Shown piece after piece: positions 23,001 to 35,473 of a stretch of DNA of 64,000 bases. This DNA is from Antedon mediterranea. Lineage: Eukaryota > Animalia > Echinodermata. The notes beneath the pieces were generated by a model. The model did no database searches. It saw only the letters and a list, made by a program, of their open reading frames with translations, and had not been told where the DNA came from. Within the stretch, counting starts at the first letter, position 1. Every line of letters begins with the position of its first letter. The translations under genes and the position numbers were made by a program. Location: NCBI RefSeq assembly GCF_964355755.1, contig NC_092670.1, positions 26,894,795 to 26,958,794 of the forward strand, written 5' to 3'.

Positions 23001-26000
23001 AAAACACAAATTGGGTTTGTTTAAATGAGTCCAAATAAAAAAATTTGACTCATTTTGTTTCTCTCTCGGAAGTAATTCCCAGGGTGCTAATTTTAGCTGA
23101 CTACATAAATCATCGTGTATATTTATTCGTTTCTGTAAACGACAATGTATTATAGTCCTGCAGTACGTACATTTGAAATCTCCATTTTTTTCTCGCTGGA
23201 AAATACTGTGTATTCGAGAAACATCTGTGGGCAAGACCTAGATGGTACGCGAGCGTGCCATCTAGTCATTGAAATTCATAAAATTGCGCATAACTTACGC
23301 TGCGCGACTCTAAAAACATAAAACGTAGTTTCCTGCACTTCTATCTTCTGACAAAGTTATACGATGTAATGTTGATGAGAATTAGAGATACACGTGACAC
23401 AAAATTCTGGGAAAGAAAGAAGAATATAGAAAAAAGAAAAAATTGTGACAATAACAAGGGGTTATCCGCCAAGTACTGTAAAGCGCTGTGTTATGACTTA
23501 TCCAAGGTATAGTCTTCTTCAGCTCACCGTACAATTAACAGCAAGATCAAGCAAGTACAACAGTTTCTGAAAGAGTTGAAGTTGAGCTAGTTGTGAAAAA
23601 TCAGGTTTTTTTCTGGCTGGAAAACATCTGAAATCGAAGACATACATGTCTAAACCAGCAGAAATTGCTACCCCTACTGAAATGGCTAATGAATACCATA
23701 ACAATGGGACTAACAAAGCCAAAAATATACACAACCAAGCTAGGAAAAATACACAAGGTGACATAATCGAAATCGATACCTACACTGAAAGCGATAACAA
23801 AGAAAACTAGATTTGAAATCTTCACGGTGACGAGTTAGGCTATCGCGCAACGAATCGTAACATACAGATGCTATTTATTAGGCTTAGCCTACAGTAAGCT
23901 GCACCACAACTATTGTACAAACAGCGTTGCATCGATCAAAATCGTTTAACAAGCGTCAACAGTTGACTGTATTGGCAAAGTAAACGGTTTAGTTTTTATT
24001 TTACACCACTCGCGTTTATTTAATTGTTTGAATGTGATGACATTTTCAAATTAAAAATAAAGTTCATGTGTGACGTCTGAAGAAGAATGTTTTAAGTAAT
24101 AACATTATTAAAAATTTGAAGAAAATTGATAACGTTTACGCAATATGCGCTTTATTGAAAGTGACGAACTGTGTCAAAAAAGATAAAAATCCAATATTAA
24201 AATTTAGATGGCCATATGGTGACATTATCAGGGAATAATTTCGCCAGTGTAGCATAGCAAAAAGCTATACAAAACAACCTTATTGCTACACATTTCTAAA
24301 ATTGTGTAGCAAAAAAGACAATACAAAACTATGTTTCTCGACTAAAAAATCAGTTTGATTAGCAATAATTGCTAAACAAAATTTTAAAATGAAATTTTTC
24401 CCTGATTATAACATATTTATGATCTAAATTTCACATGAATTCATATCTGCAACTCATTGTGCTTTATAATAACTTAAACATATAGGGGTCACCAGTCATC
24501 CTGAAGAGCTGTAATCGATTTAAAATAGGCTTACTTTTACACAAATTTGCATAAAATTAACCATTTTCAGGCGCACGATTTTTTAAGTATGACGTGCACG
24601 TGTGTCATTATTTGACATTCATAATTCATCAAATATAAAAGAAATGTATCACAAAAATATATAGAACAAAAATCAAGCGCAAAAACGGGCTAAGTGCGCA
24701 AAAGCAAATTTTTTTTAAAAGATGTGAAATGCTTAAAATGTTCTGAACTGTGTAGAAAGTTGATTATAAATTGATTTTGAGCATTTTTAACTTTCAAAGC
24801 GCACGTACGCGCAATTTGACCAAGGTTAAAAATTTCGCTGATGATACAGGAATATGACCCTTGACATGAAGCATACGTTTGTCAAGTGGTATATTTATAG
24901 TCAATCTAAGGTTTTTTAGAAAATTGCGCGTAGTGACGCTACGCAACCATATTTTCATTAAACCAAAGTTTGTTGCACAACTACATATATACGTGCATCT
25001 ACTGGCCAAGTTACAACATAACTGCTACCGCCGTTTTTGAGATCTGCGTGACACAAAAATTGAGCAGAAAAAATGAAATTTTTGACAATAACAATAGGCT
25101 ATCGATCTACAGCGAGCGGATGGAGCTATTGTTGGGTTCTGCCTTTTCGCGTTTCCAATAACTTTCTTTAATCCATTCCATGCTTGCTTGGGGTTACCGC
25201 TATCAAAATCATTCTTTATTTTCTCTCAAAATTTGCGTTTGGCATCATTAATTCGCTTTTTCATTAACTTCTGAATACGCTTGGCAGTTGATGGATGGCT
25301 GTTAATTTGTGAAACAAAGCCCTAATAAATGCTTTTGTTTAAATACTGGGCGTCATTAGAAATAGGGCCAGGAGTGTTAATTGTGAAATAACATGTTTGT
25401 TTTGGGAAAATGTTGTTTAATTTCAGTTATTTTAGATAAAAAATCTCTAGGCCTAGCTAGCCTACGGGGGAAATAAACCAATTTTCGGGTAGGGCGGGAT
25501 CTGAATAAAAAAAATCGGAACTTGGGACCTCTGTCATCTCAACATTCGTTCATTAACTATTTTTTTTTAATGGACTATAAATTATTACAAAGAAACTAAA
25601 ATAGAATTGTGGAAAATGATGACATAAAAGGCCACAGCCATATACAGTAGAACCTTTTACGTTCCCTTGATTTTACGTACGCTTAAAATGACCGATGACG
25701 TCATCATTTTCTTACATTGAGGGCGCAATTTAACAACAACAAAGCATAAAGCCATGGCTGTGTGAGGAACTTATGTGCATTCCCCTACAGCAGCGACTGT
25801 TTTTAATGATAGAAAATACAAGAACATTTATATTTTTATTTATAACACTTTTTTTAAACTAAATCGCACAGCCTGCATATACTGTACTTTTCTAGGCCTC
25901 ACATCTTGCTAGGCCTACTAGCCTGGCCTAGATTAGTCTAGGAAGGGCCTAGGCCTAGCTAAGCTAGTGACCACCTGCATGCTGTAGTCAAACACGGCAG

Positions 26001-29000
26001 TCTCTTTTAACTACGATCTACGTATTTGGGGGTTAATTTAAGGTCAACCTTGATTTTACGAATCCCTTGTTTTACGTACGCCTTTTGGTCCCGTACCGTA
26101 CGTAAAATGGAGGTTCTACTGTATATAAAGAGTTACGACATTGGATTAAAGTCACGTGATATGAAGATCAAATTGTGTCAAACTTGTCTCCGTTAATGCA
26201 TGTAAAGTATAGGAGCAACAAAATATTTTCAATTTTTTTCTTATATTTAAAAAAATGTAATTGCACATTTTACGGTGAAATATCGATGTGCACAGCGTAC
26301 AGAAGTACTTGCGGAAAAGAATATTGCGTGCGTGTGCGCTAGTACATTATAAAGTTCGATTGATTCATTTTGGAACAAAACATCCCATAACTACGTCCTA
26401 TTAATACCAATAATAATATTTTCAATTCATAATGCATGCTTTGATGACTAAATAAAATAATAAAGTGTCGTGGATATATTTGTTCATATGCTGAAAAGGT
26501 TATGAACAATATTAAAATAATAAAGGCAAATTATTACAAATGTCTCTGAAATTTAATAACGTTGGCGGTGCAGTTTGTGTCAAAAACACACAGAAAGCCA
26601 TATACTGAATTTGTGTGTTTTTTGTATTGGTTCATGCTTTGATGTATCCTAACTTGCATGTAGGCCCTAGCATTTATTTTTTTGTTATAAAAAAAATATT
26701 TGTTACCAAATCAATACTATTAAGAAAATTAATTACTAAAATAAAAACGAAATCTAAGCATTATTTCATAGACAACAAAATCTAAAAAATAATGCATGAA
26801 CTACAGGAAAATGCTATACAAAATAGACGCGCGCGCCCTCAGCGTGCGAATTCTTTGACACAAAAATGGCTTCTAATCTTCAAAGTCGTAACTCTTTATA
26901 TGGCTCTGTAAAAGGCTGAATTACAGCACCCTCTATTACCGAGGGATCTGCGACAAACTCCTGAAGCGAAACTATTCTCTCTGTTCATAATTAACATACT
27001 TTCAAAGCTTATTGTACATTTTATGTCATTTAATTTTGAACTATTTCAACTTCTTTTTATAGGATTATATAGCAAGGTTTGGCCATGGAAGTGCAAAGCT
27101 GGCCAGACAAGCACAATCCAAAGAAAAAACACTGAACAAAATGGTTGCATCTGGTCTTACAGAAAGAGTGTATAATGACAAGGTATAACACATAGACATT
27201 TTTACCTTTAAATTTATATTTACAGTCAACTGCCAAAGAGACACCCTACGGTGAGCGATTTTAATGTTAAAATTAATTTTGGACTTACTAGGTAAAATTA
27301 GTCTAGTTACAAGTTGTTTTGGAGAGTTTTCAGATCATCCAAAATTGGAGAGTTGACTGTACATTTTGTAATCTCAACATTCATTAAGCTGTTGACATTT
27401 GATGATCCACAATGCAATTAATATTTTTGGCAAGTGTGTAGGTAGATTTTGTATCTACAAATTATTGGAAAAACAAAATTTGATTGACTTGTGAGAAATG
27501 ATGACATAAAAGGCCGAATTACAGCGCCCTCTATTACAGAGGGAGCGGTGACAAAAACTCCTGAAGCGAATATTGCTCTGATTTCACAGTCTTTTGAAAT
27601 AATTGATAGATCAACTTCTTCCATTTATTCCTTTCTAGCATTAATATTGATTATCTTAATTCATTTTATACTTTCAGTCGGTGAGTTTCTTCTTCCCAGC
27701 ATGTGGTAAAATCCCTCCTCCTGTTATCATGGTGGAGAATGTTAGCTTCAGATATGCAGATGATAAGGTAAATTTTTTTGCACTTTTTAAACTACATTCA
27801 GTTGCCTACTTTGTTATGTTCTTTTAAATGGCCAGTTTAATCACACTTTGTTGTTTTTCTGTATGCTCAGGGCTGCAAATTAACTTTTTCGCTTGGTAGT
27901 GCTATCAAATTTTTATGATGGCTCGTAATAATTTTTGGTAGCACCACCAATTTTTTCAGTAGCACCTGTTCGACAACTAAGCCCTTCCCTCAAAACCCCA
28001 TCCGCGCAGATCCGTTTTTAGTTAAGGTGGGGAGGGGGGTTGAGGTGTATAAAAATGGAATACAACCTTAGGCTGGGGGTCAGGGGGACGCCAAGGGCCC
28101 CGCCGAAGGTGGGGGGTGGGGGGGAGGTGGTTTGAGTAATTATAGGTTGTTTCAATCGATTTCTGAGCACATAAAAATTCCACCCAGAAGAATTCAATTA
28201 ATTTGGGTTATGCACATTTTAGGCACTGGTCCTGATGCGCCACTTATATTCACGCAAGATCTATTCTTTTTACAGTACAGAAAGAAATTACTGCTTTGTA
28301 TATACCCGTAACCTTTCGTAGCCTACGCGTAAATAGATTGTAGGTCATTGTTCTCTGAACGTATCCTGCAATTTACAAAGTATTGTTCGTTGCCTACGAT
28401 GTATTGTTTATGATAATTATCTACGCGTCGATCGTAGGATGGTTCGTAGGGTTAGTAATTTGTAAACACCAATGTCATCACCTTTAGGAGCATGAACAAT
28501 GAAAACAAACATATTGTTGGCTAATTAAAATCCTAGAAGACGTTAATTTTGTAGCCACCCTACACATCAGTTGTCCTAATTTGGCAGGAAATCCGCCGCC
28601 GAGACGACATTGGGCCCCGAGAGTTTCGGCGGCCTACATGATTCAATCCTACCTTGGGTTAGCGAATTATAAAAACGACACCTTGGCTAGGACACCAACA
28701 AAATATATGCAAAATAAACATATATTCTATGGATTTAACATAGGCCTTTGTAAATTATTATTACGACAAAAGGCCTGACCAGAATTTGGAGGGGAAAAAC
28801 AGTTTAGAGCTGTATTACGTTTGTCTGTTTGTAGCCACTCCTCATCCTTCAGGGTAGTTAGTTCTGTTAACAGCTGTTCTCTCTCCGAATATTTTTCAGC
28901 ACATCCCGATCTGCAAAATTACATTGAATTTCTGGTAATTTAAAAGCAGGTTAATGAAAACTTTATACATATACATATTATTTATTTAGCACAGTGGGTG

Positions 29001-32000
29001 GAAAAGTATTACAGTATTACCTTTTTTTATTCAGATGTCCTTATTTTGAAGACATTAGAAAAGCTTACATACCTCATTTTTACTTTATGTTTCCAAATAG
29101 TTATGTTAACTATGAAGAATTCATAAATACACTTACTTTTCAACCCTCTCTTTAACTGATCTCATGTTTACCTGCAAGGTGGATGAACGAAACACCTTGA
29201 GGGCAACATTGAAATTTGAAGCCCCATCGTTCCATTTTTCTCCATTTTCATAAGGGTTTAGTGACAGGACCTGCTTCAGCAGCATTATGTCCGTTGCTGC
29301 GCAATACCTTATGGTTTTTTTGCTATAAAGAAATAAAAGTTATGATATGATTTCAACTATTTTCATTTTCATAATACTAATAGACCATTCAGTGTTTTTA
29401 ACACTCATTATTAATACTAGATGGTACGCTCGCTTCGCTCGCGTACCATCTAGGTCGTGCCCACAGATGGTTCTCGAATACATACTAATTTCAGCGTTTA
29501 AAAAACTGGCGACTTCAAATGCACATGCAGGACAATAATACATGTTGTTTACAGGAACGAATAAATAGACACGGTGATTTATGTACTCAACTAAAATTAG
29601 CACCCCGGGAATTACTTCCGAAAAAGAAACTTGTCACAAAATAAGAAACAAACTGAATTTGTGTTTTGTATGTAACATTTGGGTTGAGGGATGGGGAAGA
29701 GGATGGATGCAAAGACGAACAATTTTTAAATATATTCTTTATCGATTTAGTAACGAAATATGAATTGTTTTCATGTTTTACAAATAATATACCAGTAAAC
29801 ACAGTAAAACATTGCGATTTAATACTTTGTTGAAACTGTCACCGTCATAGTCGATTGAAATAGTACAGTACATGTAACGATACATCACTAATACGACGTT
29901 TATATTTTTTGAAGTTACATGATTACAAACGTTCAGAAGGAACTGTCAGTAATATATTAAACACCTCTATTCGGGGCAAATCGTAAATTCGCTTTAATCG
30001 TCAATAAATAATTATCTAACTCAACTTAATTAGTAGGCCTAATGGTTAATTGTTTCATAGAGCCAATTATGCTACCCACTACCCAACTTGTATTGAAAAG
30101 TTGTTCTGCGTTTAGGGCATGTACTGATCATTCGTACTGTAGGCCTGCCCTCTACTGGCTTTACAACGCTACTCATGCCAGTGAGGGGAGGGTGGTGGTG
30201 TTGGTGGTGGTTTAGCTGCAATAATAAATTTGATTGTACATAATAGACGGCGACTGGAAAGGCTAGCTCATTATGCGTTAAAAAAAAGATTCCACAGATT
30301 GGAAAAAAGTGTATCGAATTTCTGTTATGGCTGTACAGTACTTGTCTTTATGACGCCTGAGGGAATAGACACTTGTGGAACAGAGATTGGAATGTTCCAT
30401 TTATCGCAGATCAAAACATTTGTATAAACGTATATTAAATCTATAAAAATAGTATTTTTTAAAGAAAATCGGCCTGTCTTCAACATTATGATGCTGTACT
30501 CGAGCTGTTCAACCGGTTTTCAGCTATTAAAAACAATTATCGTAGGAGGAGATAGGAAAATGCGAAGCATCCTCGCATTATTGTCTGCGGGTATTTTTCA
30601 AGTTGGACATCCATTAGACAGTGTATACCACGACCACGAAACACCCCTATTTAGGGCAAATCGTTGAACCTAAATTCGTTTTAATTGTCAATAACTAATT
30701 ATCTAACTCAATTTAATTAGTAAACATGGTTACATCAAATGGTTAAAATCAGTACCGAAAGTACGAACCAACTTTATATACCATCGAGTAAAAATTCTAG
30801 AAATAAACTGCGATTTACCGAATTTTGCCCTTACGTAAATTTATATATAGATTAGGCCTATACAGAAAAGCTCCATAACGAAAAATAATCGATAATCGAT
30901 CGAATAATTGATCATTTTAAATGACGACTTACCTATTTTCTTTCTGACCCAGTCCAAGCACTTTATTTAACAGCTCCTGGTAAATAAAATTGTAAATATT
31001 TTGGTGGACAATATAATATTTTTACAGCTAAGTAGGCCTAGTTATAAGTTAGGCCCTGGCTGTTTTATAAATTATACAAGCCATTAGTGACTAGCCTAGG
31101 CCTAGTAGTATATTAGTAAGTAGGATCGGAGGACCTGCCTGGCACCTAGGCCGCCTCCTCCTCTAGGCGTAGGCTAGGCCTAAACTAAATGTTTTCTGAC
31201 TAGGCCTAGGCCTACAGAAAGTTCACAAATATATAATTTAGATTAGTAGTCTAATTCTTATTTTAATAACTTATATCAGGAAAAGTACATGAAACGTTTT
31301 TTTGCTATTGGTCAAAAGTTTAACTCACCATGTCGCGACGTCGTGTATTTCTCGATTTTGCAGACGAGAACCAGCTCCTGTATCTCGGGCTACGAGCATT
31401 AGTTAATTAAAATTTCACATAAACTAATGACGTCATACACAAAAAACCCTTACTTTCTCGGCGGCTCGTTCCCGATCGAGATAGCGAAAGCTCTCTAATA
31501 TTCATGAGTTCCGCGAGAAAATCAAGCTTGAATGATTTTGCCTCATTACCGCAAGAGACGTTCACTTTCATGGTTGAGTAAGTAATAGGGTATGTTATCG
31601 CGGAACTCGCGGAAAATTAGTTTTTGGACGGCCCTAATAGTCGCAAACAGAAAAATTAGGTCGCAAATGCGACCAAATACCCCTTAATTTGCAGCCCTGA
31701 TGCTTTTGAGATAGTTTGGAAAAAAGTCTTTGGATAGAATGTTGACAAAAAACTGAGTAACAAAATGATTGTTCTACCACAAATTAGAAATTTTTTTAAT
31801 TCACAGATTTGTAGGTCTATTTTCATATTGTAATTTTTATTGTCTATCTTTTCATTTTTTTATCTAGCCATTTATATACAACAATTTAGAGTTTGGAATT
31901 GATCTAGATAGTCGAATAGCGTTAGTAGGTCCCAACGGAGCTGGCAAGTCTACACTTCTTAAATTGATAGTGGGAGATCTATCGCCAACCAGTGGAGGTA

Positions 32001-33465
32001 TACGAAAGAACTCGCATATACGATTCGGCAGGTATCACCAAGTAAGCATGTATTATTTATTTGTAGTGAATATTTTTAATTTTATTTTATTGACAAAATG
32101 ACATTAGTATATTATATATAGCAAGTTGCATTGAATTGGTTAAAATTCCGTCCTCTTGAATATAACTGTTTGAATAATTAGGTAGTTTACTCTACCTTGT
32201 TTAAAACAAAATTTGCTCACAATTATTAGCATGCCACCTTTTACAACTGCTTTTAGGATTTTCTTGGATATTATAGGATTTTTAATTTAATTCATTAAAC
32301 CTTTTTTTACCAGCATTTACAAGAAACTTTAGATATGGAAATGAGTGCTTTAGATCATATGTTAAAGGAATTCCCAGATGAGAAAGACCGGGAACAGATG
32401 AGGAAAAGTATAGGAAGATATGGGTTAACAGGCAAGCAGCAGGTAAGAACATTTCAATGAGATTACTTTCCATTAAAACTAAGAATATTCAGTTGAATGC
32501 CAATCCTGTGTTGATGTGCATTTTAAACAACCCTCAGCACTTTTTTAAAATGGTATTCTTTATTTTTGTGTAGAAATAAGCGATCCCTCTTATTGGCAGC
32601 GGGTTTCGTAGTGATGCTGTATTTATGTAATATGTACATAAGTAAAGTAAAGTGTCCACCACCCGAGTGGCTGAGGCGGGAAGGTTGTCCAGAAATTGCG
32701 CTCTTTTAGAGTAGAACCGTCCGTTAGTATGTACTCATTTAGTTTAGTACGTATTTAGGTTGTTTTGTGTGGCAGATTGAATAAAATTCAAGTCTGAAAC
32801 ATTTTTATTGTAACTATTGCCGTTTTTAGGTGTGCCCAATGAAGAATCTTTCGGATGGTCAAAGGTGTCGTGTCATCTTTGCATGGCTAGCCTTTCAAGC
32901 TCCTCATCTACTGTTACTTGACGAACCTACGAACCATCTGGATATGGAGACCATCGATGCTTTGGCCGAGGCAATTAATGATTTTGAGGGTGGTCTTATA
33001 CTTGTTAGCCACGACTTCAGGCTTATTAATCAGGTTTGGACAAGACAGTTATTTCTGTACTTTTGTGTGTGATGTAGAGGGGCACACTTGAAGAATGATG
33101 AAATTAAAGGCCGAATTACAGCGCCCTCTAATATTTGAGGGAGCAGTGACAAAAACTCCTGAAGCGAATTATTAAATCTGACTTCAAGGCTGACCTAAAA
33201 GTTTTAAAACATTTTTGTATAGGCAATGCAAGGCTTGTTGAAGAAACAATTGTTGGGTTTGTGTTCGAACAATGTAATGCCACAATAATTTAATAATCCG
33301 ATATCTTTTTAATTTGATTGACACATCTTTTAGGTTGCCAAAGAAATTTGGGTTTGTGAAAAACAGGCTGTAACAACGTGGAATGGTGACATCATCAAGT
33401 TCAAAAGAGAGTTGAAGGCAAGGGTTATGAAAACCAATGCAAAGGTCCGAGTGATGAAGAAATGA
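17010..33465 (+). CDS. ABCF2: ATP-binding cassette sub-family F member 2, complete, 605 aa
   Basis: Exons 17010-17106, 17285-17500, 17960-18148, 18519-18786, 18945-19047, 19438-19533, 27063-27182, 27678-27767, 31868-32041, 32314-32442, 32830-33033 and 33334-33465 total 1818 nt, all GT-AG and in phase. Motifs: [14 protein letters not shown] start, [60 protein letters not shown]; no TM domains. Confidence 0.97.
18267..18410 (+). ncRNA. Candidate intronic H/ACA snoRNA
   Basis: Hairpin TTGTAGTTCA...TGGGCCACAA, H-box-like AAACTA, a second hairpin ATACAATA...TATTGTAT, and ACA at 18405-18407, about 110 nt upstream of the 3' splice site. Confidence 0.3.
19551..19597. repeat. Short interspersed repeat end (Helentron-type), second copy inverted at ~49116-49161
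   Basis: AACTAGAAAGCCACTCCGAGAGTGCATACCTCCGCCTACTGTAAA recurs as its reverse complement in a SMARCAL1 intron. Confidence 0.65.
20080..21788. mobile_element. hAT-like non-autonomous element with a 6-bp TSD
   Basis: 14-bp perfect TIR CAGGCCTCGAATTT, flanking direct repeat AAATGT, and subterminal TGGCCTTGGTGCCC repeats. Confidence 0.8.
22004..23265 (+). mobile_element. Non-autonomous Helitron
   Basis: 5' TCTATATATA and a 3' hairpin GATGGTACGCGAGCGTGCCATC ending in CTAG. It is inserted between A and T with no TSD; the empty site TATGATCAA|TCATTGAAAT is seen in the paralogous repeat at about 36151-36170. Confidence 0.85.
23806..25120. mobile_element. Helentron/DINE-1-like repeat, divergent copy
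   Basis: Starts ACTAGATTTGAAATCTTCACGGTGACGAGTTAGG and shares internal blocks and the terminal GACAATAACAA with the other copies. Confidence 0.5.
25633..26908. mobile_element. MITE with an 8-bp TSD (hAT/P-type termini)
   Basis: TSD TAAAAGGC at 25625-25632 and 26909-26916. TIR CA(C/G)AGCCATATAAAGAGTTACGAC; the left copy is split by a nested element. Confidence 0.85.
25645..26121. mobile_element. Tc1/mariner (pogo-type) MITE nested in the TIR of another MITE
   Basis: TIR CAGTAGAACC/GGTTCTACTG with TA on both sides. Confidence 0.8.
27491..27587 (+). ncRNA. SNORD89: Box C/D RNA, SNORD89-like (U2 snRNA 5'-end complementary)
   Basis: Box C ATGATGA at 27498-27504, box D CTGA at 27578-27581, terminal stem GTGAGA/TTTCAC. 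AAAAGGCCGA and GAAGCGA are complementary to the conserved U2 5' end. The block order matches vertebrate SNORD89 as recalled. Confidence 0.85.
27868..31699. mobile_element. hAT-like non-autonomous element with a 5-bp TSD
   Basis: 16-bp perfect TIR CAGGGCTGCAAATTAA with flanking direct repeat ATGCT. It fills most of the ABCF2 intron at 27768-31867. Confidence 0.8.
29417..30851 (-). mobile_element. Non-autonomous Helitron, same family as 22004-23265
   Basis: Minus strand 5' TCTATATATAAATTTACGTAAGGGC, 3' hairpin plus CTAG, A|T insertion site. Confidence 0.85.
33087..33188 (+). ncRNA. SNORD89: Box C/D RNA, SNORD89-like, second intact copy
   Basis: Box C at 33095-33101, box D at 33178-33181, and a perfect 7-bp terminal stem CTTGAAG/CTTCAAG. 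AAAGGCCGAATTACAGCGCCCTC...GAGGG...GTGACAAAAACTCCTGAAGCGAA is conserved with the other copy. Confidence 0.87.
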
Positions 33466-33908
33466 GCAGCTCAATGTTTAAACAACTTAGTGGATAAAGG
33501 ATCCAAAGGTCAACATTACATTGAAGCTCTTTATCATGTTACCTTTGTGAGTTACACAATTCCAGTATCTATTGTTTGTAGCTTAATGCTGTGAAACAAA
33601 AAGAAGTCCAGGTTTCATTATTTAATATTGCAAAGTTTTAAGCAGGAGTCATTGTGTGCATGCTGGGAATTGACCGCTTGTAAGTTTCTCAGGTTGTAAC
33701 TTTAGTTTTTGTATTAAGATATATGATCACACAATTATTTATGATTGTCTATATTATCTGTGGTTAATTTTAGCTTTCCTTGGATGCTGTTTTTTGGATA
33801 TGAATTCTGAATAACTTAGTATGCTTGATTAATTTAATCTACAATACTATAATATAGACAATACATTATTTGAATGCAAGCCAAGCACAAGGAAATGCAT
33901 TTCTAATA

Positions 33909-34660
33909 CAGTCGACTCCGCCTAAGTCGAATCTAATGGGACCGGTATAAAAATTCGAGTTACGCGAACTTCGACTTACAGATTTGCAAAAAAAAATGCT
34001 AGGCCTAGGCCTAGGTTCACTCACTAGCCGCACTATGGCTAGGCCTAGTGGACACTGCCCTGTCGCGGCCCACGCGATGAGCCTTCTTGAATTGAGTTTG
34101 CTTAGCTAGCTAGCTAGGCCTAATAAATGCTAAGCGGCAATAATAAACTGTATTTTCTTTTATGGTTTAAGCCCGAAACAATACAAAAACGTATAATAAA
34201 TACATTTCGGTTCTTATTCGAAATCGGTATCCATTGTTTATTGCCATCTGTCTAGCACAAAATAGGTACCCACAAAACGCCGCTCAAGTTCTCAACTCTG
34301 AAAAACAACTCATACGCTATACACTAGCGCGAGTTGTAGGACGCCGCCTATACTATACAACCTGCTTGAGAGAACCGATATGGTCCCACATTATCCCCTC
34401 TGTCGTTTGTTTATCGAATTACGTACGTTTCATCAGCTTTTTTAGCGCGTTGTTGCCGCGTAATTTGTGACTTCGACTTATACGATATAAATCACTAAAG
34501 AATGTGTGTATTCGGACCGCAAAAAGACGTCGACTTAGAAAAATTTGACTTACAAATAAAAATTACACAGTAATATATAGGAAAGAATTGGGACTTTCCT
34601 AAAAATTCGACTTCCGCGATTTTTCGACTTGCGCGAATTCGACTTAGGCGGAGTCGACTG
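33909..34660. mobile_element. Tc1/mariner (pogo-type) MITE
   Basis: 24-bp perfect TIR CAGTCGACTCCGCCTAAGTCGAAT with TA TSD, in the ABCF2 3' region. Confidence 0.9.
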
Positions 34661-35473
34661 TATAATATAAAAAGATTTAATGCAAATAATATGTAAAACC
34701 TAGTGTAGATTTCATTAGGGTGTAAGGTTAAAGGTATACTTTTTTTAATCATAAGCATAAGAATAAGAATATATCTATCAAAAGTATTTGTAATATACAT
34801 TTTTCTGAAAAGTCTAGAAAACTTGACAATTATCTTTAGTTTGCCACTATTTGGAGGAGTGTGTTACTTCTCATTTTGTTCATCTGCAGGATCAAATTAC
34901 TATTGATTCATAACTTGTTCAAACTAGTTTTCTGCAGTTTGTCACTTGCATTTGCTAATGTAGACTAGGCTTAGACTGATTAATATATATACGATTAAGG
35001 AATATCCACTTATTTATTATTAGTTATATTTAATACTTTTCATTGAAAATAAAAAACACATTTAAAAATGTTTAGTTTATAGTAACTTTGTGCTGCAAGT
35101 CTATACTTATGAAAGTAAAAGTATAATAAATATTCTTTATGGTTGAAAATATTTTTTTACAAATTTTTAGTGATTTTGAATTTATTTGAATATTTTGAAT
35201 GGCAGTTTGTGTTCAATAGGGTGTTGCAACAATGGGTGGGGTTCTTGCATTGCATTCTAACAGCAAATTGATTGGATTTAATCGTTATTTTTAGGCTGGT
35301 TACTGAAAATTTGTCCAGTCTCTGCTGCCAAAAATTAGGATTAATTTATTCACATGGTTAATAACACGTAGCAGAAACATTAGCATTTCTATCCTTCAAG
35401 GCTGTATGTGGTTATTTGAGCTTTTGTATTTTTTTAATGGTTTAACAAAAAAATAAGGTAAAATTTAAACCAA

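Larger units (their letters stand above)
19785..23474. mobile_element. Helentron/DINE-1-like non-autonomous repeat, interrupted by two nested insertions
   Basis: Begins ACTAGATTTGAACT.GTCAC and ends ...GTTATCCGCCAAGT. It is colinear with the uninterrupted copy at 35474-36349. Confidence 0.6.
25608..26990 (+). pseudogene. SNORD89-like C/D RNA copy disrupted by MITE insertion
   Basis: Box C ATGATGA (25616-25622) plus CATAAAAGGC resumes at 26909 as TAAAAGGCTGAATTACAGCACCCTCT...CCTGAAGCGAA. Box D is degenerate. Confidence 0.8.

Noticed and set aside
23519-23825. Overlapping hydrophobic ORFs
   Set aside because: Short, antisense and intronic between repeats, with no motif or splice support.
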